A stretch of DNA of 41,737 nucleotides, from positions 1-41,737 of the forward strand of contig CAZFAL010000003.1 in assembly GCA_964516945.1 (NCBI GenBank), given 5' to 3'. Position 1 is the first letter of the stretch; each line of letters begins with the position of its first letter. The position numbers were made by a program, and so were the translations under genes. This document shows positions 1-9,100 of the stretch, one piece after another. The notes beneath the pieces are model-generated. The model was not told the DNA's origin. It did no database searches and was given only the letters and a program-made list of their open reading frames with translations. Source of the stretch: an uncultured Ignavibacteriales bacterium (GTDB taxonomy: Bacteria > Zixibacteria > MSB-5A5 > GN15 > JACZUZ01).

Positions 1-1022
1 GCGACCGCCTTGTAGAGCTTCGCCGGAATCGTGGCGCCAATTTCACAAACCTTGAACAGTGAACGCGCCAACGGTTTATTCTCGATGACCGGCACGCCAT
101 GCTCACGAGCCAGTTCTTTGATTCTCTGGGCAATCAGACGCTGCCCTTTGGCAACGACTGTCGGAGCTTCCATGGACGACTTGTCATATTTCAAAGCCAC
201 CGCAAAATGTGTCGGGTTCGTAACTACCACATCAGCGGTCGGCACATCCTGCATCATCCGCTTGCGAGCCATCTCGCGTTGCGCCTGACGAATCCGGCCT
301 TTGAGAATCGGATTACCATCTGTGTCTTTGCTCTCTTCTTTGATTTCCTGCTTGGTCATCCGTAGCTTTTTCTTGTGCTCGTAGCGCTGGAAGGCAAAAT
401 CAAAAATCGCGAGAACCATCAGACCTGCGGCAACTTTCAGCGCCAGCAAGAGCGCCAGTGCGCCAAACTGATTTGCGAAGCGCTCTGTGGGGGAATCCAT
501 CAAGTCAAAGAAATTCATCACATCATGAGAAATGATTGTGTAGGCCAGATAACTGACTAGCAGCACTTTAATTATGTCGCGTAGATACTCAACAATCATC
601 TTGCTGCTAAAGACGCGCTTGAAGCCGGCAATTGGATCAAGCTTGTCAAACTTCGGCTCCATCGGCTTGGTAGTGAACCGCACGCCGACTTGAGAGATAT
701 TTATCAAGACCCCAATCACAACCATGGCCAACATAAACGGCCCGATAGTCATGAAGAAAGAGATCATCGAATCACGGAACACAGTCACGAACGCGCCGAC
801 GTTAAGTGATGTCGACGGGGCCATCGTAAATGTGTGAGTCATAAACTCTTTGCTCTTGTCTACTACGAATGGTCCTAAGGCGATCATAGCCATAAATCCA
901 AGTCCGACGATGGCGACTGAACTCAGTTCCATGGACTTTGCGACCTGACCGTCATCGAGCGCTTTCTTTAGTCTGTGCGCTGTCGCTTCTTCAGTTTTTT
1001 CTTGTGAGCTGTCTTCGGCCAT
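1..1022 (-). CDS. flhB: Flagellar export switch protein FlhB (3' end runs off the window)
   Basis: Not in the ORF track because it has no stop in the window. Manual translation from ATG at 1022 gives MAEDSSQEKTEEATAHRLKKA, and the autocleavage motif VVVTNPTH lies at about 207-230. GAAGGA RBS; follows fliR. Confidence 0.95.
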   Translation of the reverse strand, partial: MAEDSSQEKTEEATAHRLKKALDDGQVAKSMELSSVAIVGLGFMAMIALGPFVVDKSKEFMTHTFTMAPSTSLNVGAFVTVFRDSMISFFMTIGPFMLAMVVIGVLINISQVGVRFTTKPMEPKFDKLDPIAGFKRVFSSKMIVEYLRDIIKVLLVSYLAYTIISHDVMNFFDLMDSPTERFANQFGALALLLALKVAAGLMVLAIFDFAFQRYEHKKKLRMTKQEIKEESKDTDGNPILKGRIRQAQREMARKRMMQDVPTADVVVTNPTHFAVALKYDKSSMEAPTVVAKGQRLIAQRIKELAREHGVPVIENKPLARSLFKVCEIGATIPAKLYKAV

Positions 1023-1046
1023 TCCGAAAGTCCTTCAATGCCTGAT

Positions 1047-1838
1047 TCAACTGCCGCTTGCCGCGACGCCTATCAGTGTGTGCATTTGTGTATCGAGGAA
1101 ATTAGTCATTTGTCCCAGCGCCCAGGCGAATACCGGAAGTGAGACAATCATCATGGCTATCGCGACCGCGATTTTGACCGGGATACCGATTACGAAAATA
1201 TTCATTTGGGGAATCGTCCGCGCCAAAACACCAAGCGCCACATCAACGAGAAACACGGTCAGGAGTATCGGCGCCGCCAGCTTGAGAGCCATGGTGAAAA
1301 CAGCCCCGCTGAGTCGCATCAACAAATCTGCGGCGTTCGCCCCAAAGGCGGCTTTGCCAAGCGGAATCACCAGATAGCTGTCGGCCAATCCGGAAATCAC
1401 AATGTGATGACCGTCAATCGCCAGAAACACAATCGAAGCCACCAAAAACCAAAACGCGCCAAGCAGATTGACTTCGGCCTGCGTTGACGGGTCGATGATA
1501 TTGGCAACTGACAGTCCGCTTTGGAAACCGACAAACGAGCCGGCCATCTGAGCGGCGTAGAACAACAACTTGAGGATCAGCCCCAGCGTCACACCGATAA
1601 GGATTTCTTTGACGCCGATGAATGAGAGGTCAATCAATGAAGGCGCCAGTGGTAGCGGATTTTTCATAACCATCGGCAGGAGCAGAATTGCCAGCAGAAT
1701 GCCGAATCCGACTTTGACGAGAGCCGGAATGGATTTGCGGCTGAGTATCGGCGCCGTCAGCAGCAATCCGCTGATGCGGAAATTTACCAACAGGAACGCC
1801 TGCATCTTGTCGGCGCCGTAACTGAGAAAATCAAACAC
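1047..1838 (-). CDS. fliR: Flagellar export protein FliR
   Basis: 263-aa hydrophobic protein with FRISGLLLTAP, AGSFVGFQSGL, DGHH and PQMNIF motifs; fliPQR-flhB context. Confidence 0.95.
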   Translation of the reverse strand: MFDFLSYGADKMQAFLLVNFRISGLLLTAPILSRKSIPALVKVGFGILLAILLLPMVMKNPLPLAPSLIDLSFIGVKEILIGVTLGLILKLLFYAAQMAGSFVGFQSGLSVANIIDPSTQAEVNLLGAFWFLVASIVFLAIDGHHIVISGLADSYLVIPLGKAAFGANAADLLMRLSGAVFTMALKLAAPILLTVFLVDVALGVLARTIPQMNIFVIGIPVKIAVAIAMMIVSLPVFAWALGQMTNFLDTQMHTLIGVAASGS

Positions 1839-2122
1839 AGGCGCCCCCGGATACAGGAGTGGTCAATTGGATTAGGTCGTTTGAGGACGTTCGTTCTATG
1901 GTATAATTCGCCTTCATCGTCAAGGGGTAACTCAAACGTTATGCCACGCTGAGTTGACGGAAGGCGAATCGCGCTAAGCTGTTGTATCGCAACGGAGTAA
2001 AAATGCAGCAAGCGGGGTCGGGAAGACATGGGCAGGGAGCGAAAACCCTCGAATCGGGAAATTATCTCCCTCAGTGTGGAAATCCTTTCCCGGATTCCGA
2101 CTCGGGCCTGCGCCCTGCGCTA

Positions 2123-2389
2123 TCAGGTAAGTGTGGGGATAATCGCAAACATCCGGTTGGTGAAATCTACTATCAGGTTTATCATCCACGGCAGGAACAG
2201 CAATAACGCCGCCGCCACAGCAATAATTTTCGGGACAAATGTCAGTGTCATTTCATTGATTTGCGTTACCGCCTGAAATATTGAAATTAACACACCGATA
2301 ACCAAACCGAATAACAACATCGGCCCTGAGACCATCAGGGTCAAAGTCAGCGCTTCGCGACCGATTGCAACAACCATTTCTTCACTCAT
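2123..2389 (-). CDS. fliQ: Flagellar export protein FliQ
   Basis: 88 aa with the FQAVTQINEMTLTFVPK signature; GGAGG RBS. Confidence 0.96.
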   Translation of the reverse strand: MSEEMVVAIGREALTLTLMVSGPMLLFGLVIGVLISIFQAVTQINEMTLTFVPKIIAVAAALLLFLPWMINLIVDFTNRMFAIIPTLT

Positions 2390-2418
2390 ACACCCTCCTG
2401 TCCCGCTCTCCGGCGCAT

Positions 2419-3213
2419 TTATCCAACATGGAATGACTCGACCAGTGATTTAATGAGCAAGTACCATCCATCAACCAACACAAAAAGCAATATCTTAAAC
2501 GGCAATGATATCATCACCGGTGGCAACATCATCATACCCATCGACATCAATACTGAAGCAACTACCATATCAATGGCCAGAAACGGAATAAATATCAAGA
2601 ACGCAATCTGGAATGCGACACGAAGCTCGGATATGACAAACCCCGGTATCAGCACATGCAATGGAATGTCCTCCGGTCCCTGCGGGTTTTCAATACCCGC
2701 CAAATCAACAAACAGCGTCAGATCTTTCTCGCGTGTCTGCGTCAACATAAACTCCCGTAGCGGCGCAGTGATTTTCGCAAAAGCCTCTTCCTTGCCTATT
2801 TTCTCCTCCATATAGGGCTTGACCCCTTCCTCATAGGAGCGCGTCCCAATCGGGGTCATAATGAAAAATGTCAGAATTAACGAAAGGGCTATCAGCAATT
2901 GATTCGGCGGGGCCTGATGCGCTCCCATCGCCTGACGCAGGAAAGACATCACGACTGCGATGCGAATAAACGAAGTCGTCATGATGAGAATTGACGGCGC
3001 CAATGTCAGCGCGGTCATCATCAGGACAATCTTCAAAGATGTGGAAAGATCAGGACCGTCTTTCGAGCCACCGATTTCGAGTGACACTTTCGGCAACGTT
3101 TGTGCCGCAAGGTCGGAAGTAAGTACCAAGGCCAGCGCTACTGCCAGCGCGAGATACAATATATGGCGTTTCCGCATATGATATTCAATCCTATTGAATC
3201 GGTTGCGAACCAT
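2419..3213 (-). CDS. fliP: Flagellar export pore protein FliP (true start may be ATG 3177)
   Basis: TSFIRI, PPNQ, MGMMMLPP and LPFKILLFVLVDGW motifs; N-terminal signal-like segment. Confidence 0.96.
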   Translation of the reverse strand: MVRNRFNRIEYHMRKRHILYLALAVALALVLTSDLAAQTLPKVSLEIGGSKDGPDLSTSLKIVLMMTALTLAPSILIMTTSFIRIAVVMSFLRQAMGAHQAPPNQLLIALSLILTFFIMTPIGTRSYEEGVKPYMEEKIGKEEAFAKITAPLREFMLTQTREKDLTLFVDLAGIENPQGPEDIPLHVLIPGFVISELRVAFQIAFLIFIPFLAIDMVVASVLMSMGMMMLPPVMISLPFKILLFVLVDGWYLLIKSLVESFHVG

Positions 3214-3250
3214 TCACGATGAGTCGTCTCAACCTGGAGACGCTCCCGTC

Positions 3251-3288
3251 GGCATCCGGCCGTCCTTCCCTGGACAGCGTTTGATGCC
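3251..3288 (-). promoter_or_regulatory. Hairpin with AGGGAA loop in the fliO-fliP spacer (candidate CsrA site)
   Basis: Minus strand reads GGCATC-aaac-GCTGTCC-AGGGAA-GGACGGC-cg-GATGCC. GGA in a hairpin loop is the CsrA/RsmA site geometry; function is inferred. Confidence 0.35.
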
Positions 3289-3391
3289 ATTACTTGATGA
3301 CATTGTTTGCTACTTGTCTTTTTACTGTCGACCGGTAATCCTATCGGTCAAACCACCTTAGGCGGTTTATGGCGCCTGCTTGCGACGTCGC

Positions 3392-4030
3392 TTACTTTGC
3401 TTGTAGCTTATTGATTACATTGCCCTTCATCGCGTATGAGCCAAGGTCTACTATCTTCTGTTTTGCTCTTTGCAGACTGTGACGGAAGTCCGGCCCGGCT
3501 GATTGAGAACCGGTAGCTTCAACAATTTCTCTTGTTTCATCGGCGTTCAATTCCAGTAGCGTCGCAATCGTACTGTCCGCCACAGACAGCAACGCCGCCC
3601 GCTTCCCAACCCGCACCAGCGTAACAGAGCGTTTCGGCGCAAGATAACAGGTTTCAATCACTTCCAACGCATTACCCCGGGCGCCACTGGAAACCCTACG
3701 TCCCATCGCTTTCTTCAGCAAAGCCAGCGTCGCGTAGATACCGACAATCACCGCAATCAGCGCCAACGTGATCTTGAGAAAACTTGGGAACATACTCTCA
3801 TGTGACATATACCCGGCTAACGCATCATTGGCGCTATTTGCGGCGTTTGTGGCGTTCACATGCGTGAGATAGGCGCCGGATGCACTCGTCTTGGCGCTAT
3901 CTGTCGCTCCAGTCACATCTGCTAAAGCGGACACCCTGAAACTTGTCAGGAAAACCAGCGCCAGAAACAACACGGCAGAAACGCACACCTTGCAAGACAA
4001 TGGTCTGAGGTTTGTTTTCATGTCATTCAC
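3392..4030 (-). CDS. fliO: Flagellar biosynthesis protein FliO/FliZ
   Basis: TM helix followed by LEVIETCYLAPKRSVTLVRVG (FliO-type); located between fliN and fliP. Confidence 0.85.
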   Translation of the reverse strand: MNDMKTNLRPLSCKVCVSAVLFLALVFLTSFRVSALADVTGATDSAKTSASGAYLTHVNATNAANSANDALAGYMSHESMFPSFLKITLALIAVIVGIYATLALLKKAMGRRVSSGARGNALEVIETCYLAPKRSVTLVRVGKRAALLSVADSTIATLLELNADETREIVEATGSQSAGPDFRHSLQRAKQKIVDLGSYAMKGNVINKLQAK

Positions 4031-4034
4031 CAGG

Positions 4035-4706
4035 TTATTGCGTTAATGATTTCATTCGGTCAGCCGGTGACATCAATTGCGTAATCCTGACACCAAAGTT
4101 CTCGTCAACCACGACAACTTCACCGAATGCAACAGTCTTCTGATTTACCAGCACCTCAACGGGCTCACCCGCCAGCTTGTTTAGTTCAACCACAGAACCG
4201 GGGCCAAGGGCCAGGATGTCCGAAATCGACATTTTTGTGCGTCCCAGTTCGATGGAAATCGGCAGTGACACATCAAGTAACATGTCAATCGAACGCGGCG
4301 CTTCGGTACTTGAATCAGAAGACAACTGCTGAAAATCCGCCCGTTGCGCAACCTGTTCGGAGTAGTCAATCGAACCCGGTGAGATTTTGTCTGCCTCCGG
4401 CAAATCCGCCAGGCGATCATCCAGACTGGAATCATCTTCACCGACTTCCCCTCCTTCCATCATCGCCAACATCGCCGCTTCGGCGTCATCTTCACTGGCG
4501 TCCTCAGGATTTGATTTACCGGGCGCCTCAGAACGTTCTCCGCCCGTTGCGTCGGCTTGAGCCCCTTCCGGAGCATCTTCCGGGACCTCTTTGGGAGCCA
4601 CATCCGGAGTTTCCGCAGGAGTTTCCGCAGGAGTTTCTTCCGGAGTTCCCGCCGAATTACCGGCTTGCTCATCATGTTCTAAATTCTGATCTTGTTCTTC
4701 AGACAT
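4035..4706 (-). CDS. fliN: Flagellar motor switch protein FliN with long acidic N-terminal region
   Basis: C-terminal SPOA domain LLDVSLPISIELGRT...LAGEPV...GEVVVVDENFGVRI. Confidence 0.93.
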   Translation of the reverse strand: MSEEQDQNLEHDEQAGNSAGTPEETPAETPAETPDVAPKEVPEDAPEGAQADATGGERSEAPGKSNPEDASEDDAEAAMLAMMEGGEVGEDDSSLDDRLADLPEADKISPGSIDYSEQVAQRADFQQLSSDSSTEAPRSIDMLLDVSLPISIELGRTKMSISDILALGPGSVVELNKLAGEPVEVLVNQKTVAFGEVVVVDENFGVRITQLMSPADRMKSLTQ

Positions 4707-4709
4707 ACA

Positions 4710-5708
4710 CTATATCTCCGCTTGAGGATCTTTGAGGACCTCGACTATTTGACACGCTTTCTTCTTACCGGAAAGCCCGGGATGCGCAAGATACTTTGCC
4801 TTCCCTGCTAAACTCAGCTCTATCGGTTGATGGACGAAACGATTCAACGGAATGATGTCACCGATATGCACACTGAGAAACTCTCTGACCGTCAAATCTG
4901 TCTCACCAAGCTCTGCTGTCATTTCAGCTGCTACATTCATCAAATTGTTTTCATTTATGTTTCGGTCTTCGTCCCCGAGCTTCTTTTTTGTCGCATCTAT
5001 CCAATTTTGTGCCGATAGCTTATTGATGATTGTTTCGAGAGAAACATATGGATAGCAAATACTCAAAAGACCGCTGGTCTTGAATAGCTTCAATTGAAAC
5101 GAGACAACGACCACAGTCTCACCCGGTGGCACAACCTGTACGAACTGTGGATTGCTTTCGAATGACAGTTGCTTAGCCTGAATTGGCACAATGTGCTCCC
5201 ATGCGGTCTCCAGATCACGATAGAGACTGGTGACTATTTTCCCCAGTACGGTGCGCTCAATACCTGTCAGCTCCCGCTCGGCTTCAATTTCCTTTCCGGA
5301 GCCACCAAACAAACGCTCTACAAATCCGAACGTGAGATTCGGGCTGATATCAATCACACACGCACCCTCTAACGGTTCTGCGGTGAAAGTATATGTGCAG
5401 GAAGGTGACACAAGTGACATAATGAACTCGGAGAATGTTATCTGGTCTACAGATACCAGCTCAACTTCCGCTACCGCGCGCATCATCGCCGACAAAGAAC
5501 TTCCGAAATGTCCTGCAAAGTTGTCATGCAGACTCTCCATCGTCCGGATCTGATCTTTGGAGACGCGATTTGGATGCTTGAAATCATAAGCGACAACCGG
5601 CCGCAAGAAATCATCAACGTCGCTTGATTCCTCACTGGCAACAACGTCTCCGCTCGCCACTGTCGTCAGTAGCGCATCAATTTCATCCTGTGATAATATC
5701 TTTGCCAT
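4710..5708 (-). CDS. fliM: Flagellar motor switch protein FliM
   Basis: N-terminal CheY-binding peptide LSQDEIDALL, YDF motif, FESNPQF. Confidence 0.96.
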   Translation of the reverse strand: MAKILSQDEIDALLTTVASGDVVASEESSDVDDFLRPVVAYDFKHPNRVSKDQIRTMESLHDNFAGHFGSSLSAMMRAVAEVELVSVDQITFSEFIMSLVSPSCTYTFTAEPLEGACVIDISPNLTFGFVERLFGGSGKEIEAERELTGIERTVLGKIVTSLYRDLETAWEHIVPIQAKQLSFESNPQFVQVVPPGETVVVVSFQLKLFKTSGLLSICYPYVSLETIINKLSAQNWIDATKKKLGDEDRNINENNLMNVAAEMTAELGETDLTVREFLSVHIGDIIPLNRFVHQPIELSLAGKAKYLAHPGLSGKKKACQIVEVLKDPQAEI

Positions 5709-5785
5709 CTCTTACATGCTTCTGAGATTAGTTCTCTTGCATCCTGTCATGAACATCATTCTGCAACTGCCTCTATGAGAAAACG

Positions 5786-6376
5786 CTACTGAATGACGAA
5801 ATCAGTAAAATACACCGCCATTAGCTCTTCTGTGTCGAGTAACTGTGCGACACGTTTCTTGATTTGCAGACGCGCGATTTCCTTCTGCTTCATGTCTGTC
5901 AATTGTTCGATGTTCTTTGAACCCAGAATAGTTATCAGCGCATCCTTAATCTGTGCCTGCCGGGCCTTGAATAGATCCATCGTTTCATTATCTTCAACTT
6001 CAAACCCAACAGATGCAGAAAGAAATCTCGTACCACCGGTGCCGGCCGGATTGACAATTATGTCCCTGACCTCAAATATGTGCGCCTCTTCCCCCCCGCC
6101 TTCTTCACCATTGCCGGAGGACTTCTTTTTTTTCTTCTTCTTTTTCGACGCCTTTGCTTGTGCGCCTTCTGCATTGGCTGAACCATGCTCACCATCAGCT
6201 ATTTCAGCTGTTTCGCCACCGCCCATCATCGGTTTGACAAACTTCAATGTGACAAAATAGCCGCCGACTGCCATCACAACGACAATACCGAGCATAATGC
6301 CATACTTCTTCATCGGGGAGCCCTTCGGCGGCTCCGCTTCTCCACCTTGCATAACTGTCTTCTCTTCATCCGCCAT
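5786..6376 (-). CDS. fliL: Flagellar basal body-associated protein FliL
   Basis: Single TM, IIVNPA...RFL, C-terminal VYFTDFVIQ; GGAGG RBS; directly upstream of fliM. Confidence 0.92.
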   Translation of the reverse strand: MADEEKTVMQGGEAEPPKGSPMKKYGIMLGIVVVMAVGGYFVTLKFVKPMMGGGETAEIADGEHGSANAEGAQAKASKKKKKKKKSSGNGEEGGGEEAHIFEVRDIIVNPAGTGGTRFLSASVGFEVEDNETMDLFKARQAQIKDALITILGSKNIEQLTDMKQKEIARLQIKKRVAQLLDTEELMAVYFTDFVIQ

Positions 6377-6472
6377 AATTCCTGGCCTCCGTGCCCGGAA
6401 TCAATCCCCGCCGGAAATTACTCCGGCGAGGATCGTCCGATTATTGGTCTTAAGGATCTACTACCTACTTCA

Positions 6473-8425
6473 TTACCTTTTCAGGTTTACCAGTTCATCA
6501 AGCATACTGTCTGATGTCGTAATTATTCGCGAATTCGCCTGGAACCCACGCTGTGCAATTATCATGTTGGTGAACTCCACTGCTATATCAACGGAGCTTG
6601 ACTCCAGAGCGCCGGATGAAATAGAGCCGGAGATGGTCTGACCTGCAACTCCAAGCACCGCCTGTCCTGAGTTGGCCGAGACCTGGAACAAAGACCGTCC
6701 GGCTTTCAACAAACCGCCCTGGTTGTTGAAATCAGCCAGCACCAGTTGAGCGAGTCGACGGCTGATACCGTTCGTGAAAATGCCGTTGATATTGCCGGTT
6801 TTGTCGATTGATATCTTGTCGAGGATACCGACCGTAAACCCGTCCTGATTGATAATCGACGCCGTATGTGGCGAAGCGAATCCTGTCAAACCTTCATAGG
6901 TGCCGACGGTTCCAACATCCATGCGGATACTGATGTTCTCGGCTCCGTTTTTCGGATCAATTATCATCGGACTTCCGCCGGTGAATGATTGCAGAGTCCC
7001 GTCCGGGTTAAATGACACTTCACCGAGCGCGCCGGACACCGGCGCCTCACCGTTTGGCATCTTCACTTCCCAGCTCCATGTGTTCGAGGCGAATTGCTTC
7101 GTGAATTCAACTGTCAAAGCGTGCTTACCACCCTGACTGTCAAACACCGTTATCGAACTCGAATGGTTTGTCGGTTCAGTGACAATTGTCGCAGTTCCTG
7201 CGGCCAAAGGCGAATTCCCCTCAATAGTGACACCACCGCCACCCAGACCGGATATGCCGACAACCATTCCTGTGTCTGAGTCATAAACCGGAGTAAGTGT
7301 TTGCGGTCCCGGAGGATTGCTCACACCCGGGGCAGATAGAGTCATTGTATCGACAATAAGCATATGGTCCGGTGTGCCATTAGCCGCAGTTAGTCGCGAG
7401 TTTGGCGCAATTCCGAACACTTTGTCAAGAATATCACCACCGGCGCCTGCTGATAAAGACGACTGGATATTATACTTCGAACCGGTTCCGGCAAAGTCGC
7501 GTGTGATTTGAATCTCTCCGCCCGACAATTTTGCTGTAACCCCGGTCAACTGGTTGATAGCATTGATAAGATCGCCGACGGTTGAGTTATCGGTTAATCC
7601 ACCGACGAGAGTTGAGCTCGCTGAACCGTCAAGTGAAAGACTGAACGCTGTAAAATCTGTCACACCAAGGTCATTTTTCAAACTTGTCCCGCTTGTCAGC
7701 GTGGCTCCGGCCGGATTTGTTCCGGTAAAGGATGACTGCGTCGGTTGCAGAACTGTTTCGCCCGGTTGCAACGCGATTGACACCGTGTGTGTTGCGCCTA
7801 CGCCGTCCTGCGCCTTACCGGTAACCAAAGAAAGATTCGTCGGCCCGGCGCCTGACAAAGTGGCAAATGAATCCGAAGCGGTTGAATCGAGATTGTTTGC
7901 AAACTTGATTACTTCAGTAGCTTTCGCAGGGTCCTGTTGACCGAACGGCAGTGTGATATTGCCCAGTTGCGCAGTCGACGGAATGTTCCCGCTGGCGTCA
8001 GCCATCTTGCCCTGAACAAAAAGACCAGTCGACGGATCAACCATGCTTGAGTTCGCGTCAAATCCGAATGCGCCGGCGCGCGAATAGAATGTACCGGTGC
8101 CGTCAGACAGCACAAAGAATCCGCTACCTTGTAGCGCCAAATCCGTTATTTGACCGGTGGATTCAAGTCCACCCTGCTGAAACAGCTTGTCAATCGACGC
8201 CACCTGCATACCCAGCCCTAATTGAACCGGATTTGTGCCGCCGGAAATGGCCGTTGCGCGACCTGCGCCTTTGGTAGTCTGAACCAGCGCTTCCTGAAAA
8301 TTGGCGCGACTGGCTTTGAAACCAATTGTGTTGACGTTCGCGATATTGTCACCAATCACGTCCATGCGGACCTGATGGTTCCGTAATCCGGAAACACCTG
8401 CAAATAATGATGCGCTTAAACTCAT
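6473..8425 (-). CDS. flgE: Flagellar hook protein FlgE (650 aa, long form)
   Basis: N-terminal GVSGL...NIANVNTIGFK, TDLALQGSGFF, C-terminal MIIAQRGFQANSRIIT; AGGAGG RBS. Confidence 0.96.
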   Translation of the reverse strand: MSLSASLFAGVSGLRNHQVRMDVIGDNIANVNTIGFKASRANFQEALVQTTKGAGRATAISGGTNPVQLGLGMQVASIDKLFQQGGLESTGQITDLALQGSGFFVLSDGTGTFYSRAGAFGFDANSSMVDPSTGLFVQGKMADASGNIPSTAQLGNITLPFGQQDPAKATEVIKFANNLDSTASDSFATLSGAGPTNLSLVTGKAQDGVGATHTVSIALQPGETVLQPTQSSFTGTNPAGATLTSGTSLKNDLGVTDFTAFSLSLDGSASSTLVGGLTDNSTVGDLINAINQLTGVTAKLSGGEIQITRDFAGTGSKYNIQSSLSAGAGGDILDKVFGIAPNSRLTAANGTPDHMLIVDTMTLSAPGVSNPPGPQTLTPVYDSDTGMVVGISGLGGGGVTIEGNSPLAAGTATIVTEPTNHSSSITVFDSQGGKHALTVEFTKQFASNTWSWEVKMPNGEAPVSGALGEVSFNPDGTLQSFTGGSPMIIDPKNGAENISIRMDVGTVGTYEGLTGFASPHTASIINQDGFTVGILDKISIDKTGNINGIFTNGISRRLAQLVLADFNNQGGLLKAGRSLFQVSANSGQAVLGVAGQTISGSISSGALESSSVDIAVEFTNMIIAQRGFQANSRIITTSDSMLDELVNLKR

Positions 8426-8530
8426 AGTACTTTCTCCTCCTTACCGGCGTCATTCCTACGATAAGGCCTCCCTGCTTCTTCCAACATTGTCTCCGATTAC
8501 GGAACAGTGTTTGCAGAGTCCAACCGTGTT
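8426..8530 (-). promoter_or_regulatory. Structured GGA-rich leader of flgE
   Basis: Nested stems at 8465-8525 (CTCTGC/GCAGGG, AACACTGT/ACAATGTT, TCCG/CGGA) and seven GGA triplets in about 95 nt, including the SD. Confidence 0.4.
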
Positions 8531-8621
8531 TTCGTTGAAATCTTGTCGCCGTTGCCTTTGTTGGTTTTGTTTCTCGTATTTATAAAGTTATCTTAGATAG
8601 TTATCGTTCTTCTCGCTACTC

Positions 8622-9056
8622 TCAGAGAATCACAGCGGAATCAATTGACGTGAACACGCCCTCACGAAGATTCTCACGGTCAAACGCGCTGATGACTGTT
8701 CTATTGGGCGGTGACACAACAAATGCGGCGTCATCCGTCAATACCAATGTCTCGCGCGCGCCTTTACGCTCGGCCTTGTCCATCGCTCGTGACAACTCTG
8801 CGAGTTTTGCCGGTGTCATCTGCAACTTGCGACTGTGCATCCGCGCCAGGGCATGCTTTGAAAACTGAATTTCCTTCGTCGCCCCGCTTGCCTGTGACAA
8901 CTCACTGGCAAATGACGGCGCCTCACTAATTGTCACAGACTGAGGTCGGGCCGGCGCAGCGCCGGAAGTCAACTGCTGTGGCGCTCCGGCGGTCTTACTT
9001 GTTCCCAGCCCCTTAATCATATTTACCGGTGTATTGTAATTGCTAATTTTCAACAT
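8622..9056 (-). CDS. Flagellar operon protein (TIGR02530-type)
   Basis: FSKHALARM...AERKGARETLVL...NRTVISA...VFTSIDSAVI signature; typical position between flgD and flgE. Confidence 0.9.
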   Translation of the reverse strand: MLKISNYNTPVNMIKGLGTSKTAGAPQQLTSGAAPARPQSVTISEAPSFASELSQASGATKEIQFSKHALARMHSRKLQMTPAKLAELSRAMDKAERKGARETLVLTDDAAFVVSPPNRTVISAFDRENLREGVFTSIDSAVIL

Positions 9057-9100
9057 GCCAATTTCCCGCTATGCTTGTTACAGAATTATCGCGAGCCAAC

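Noticed and set aside
31-560. Plus-strand ORFs over flhB, and the many other short antisense or alternate-frame ORFs in the track
   Set aside because: They overlap well-supported genes, have no recognisable motifs and read like antisense translations.
3240-3330. Possible c-di-GMP-I riboswitch upstream of fliP (GACGGCCGGATGCCGA resembles its 3' end)
   Set aside because: The P2 GNRA tetraloop stem and the GGCAAAC...GACGCAAA core are not present.
3340-3370. Sigma28-like promoter TAAA...ACCGATAG ahead of fliP
   Set aside because: Spacing is 17 nt rather than 15, and the sequence is better explained as a hairpin.
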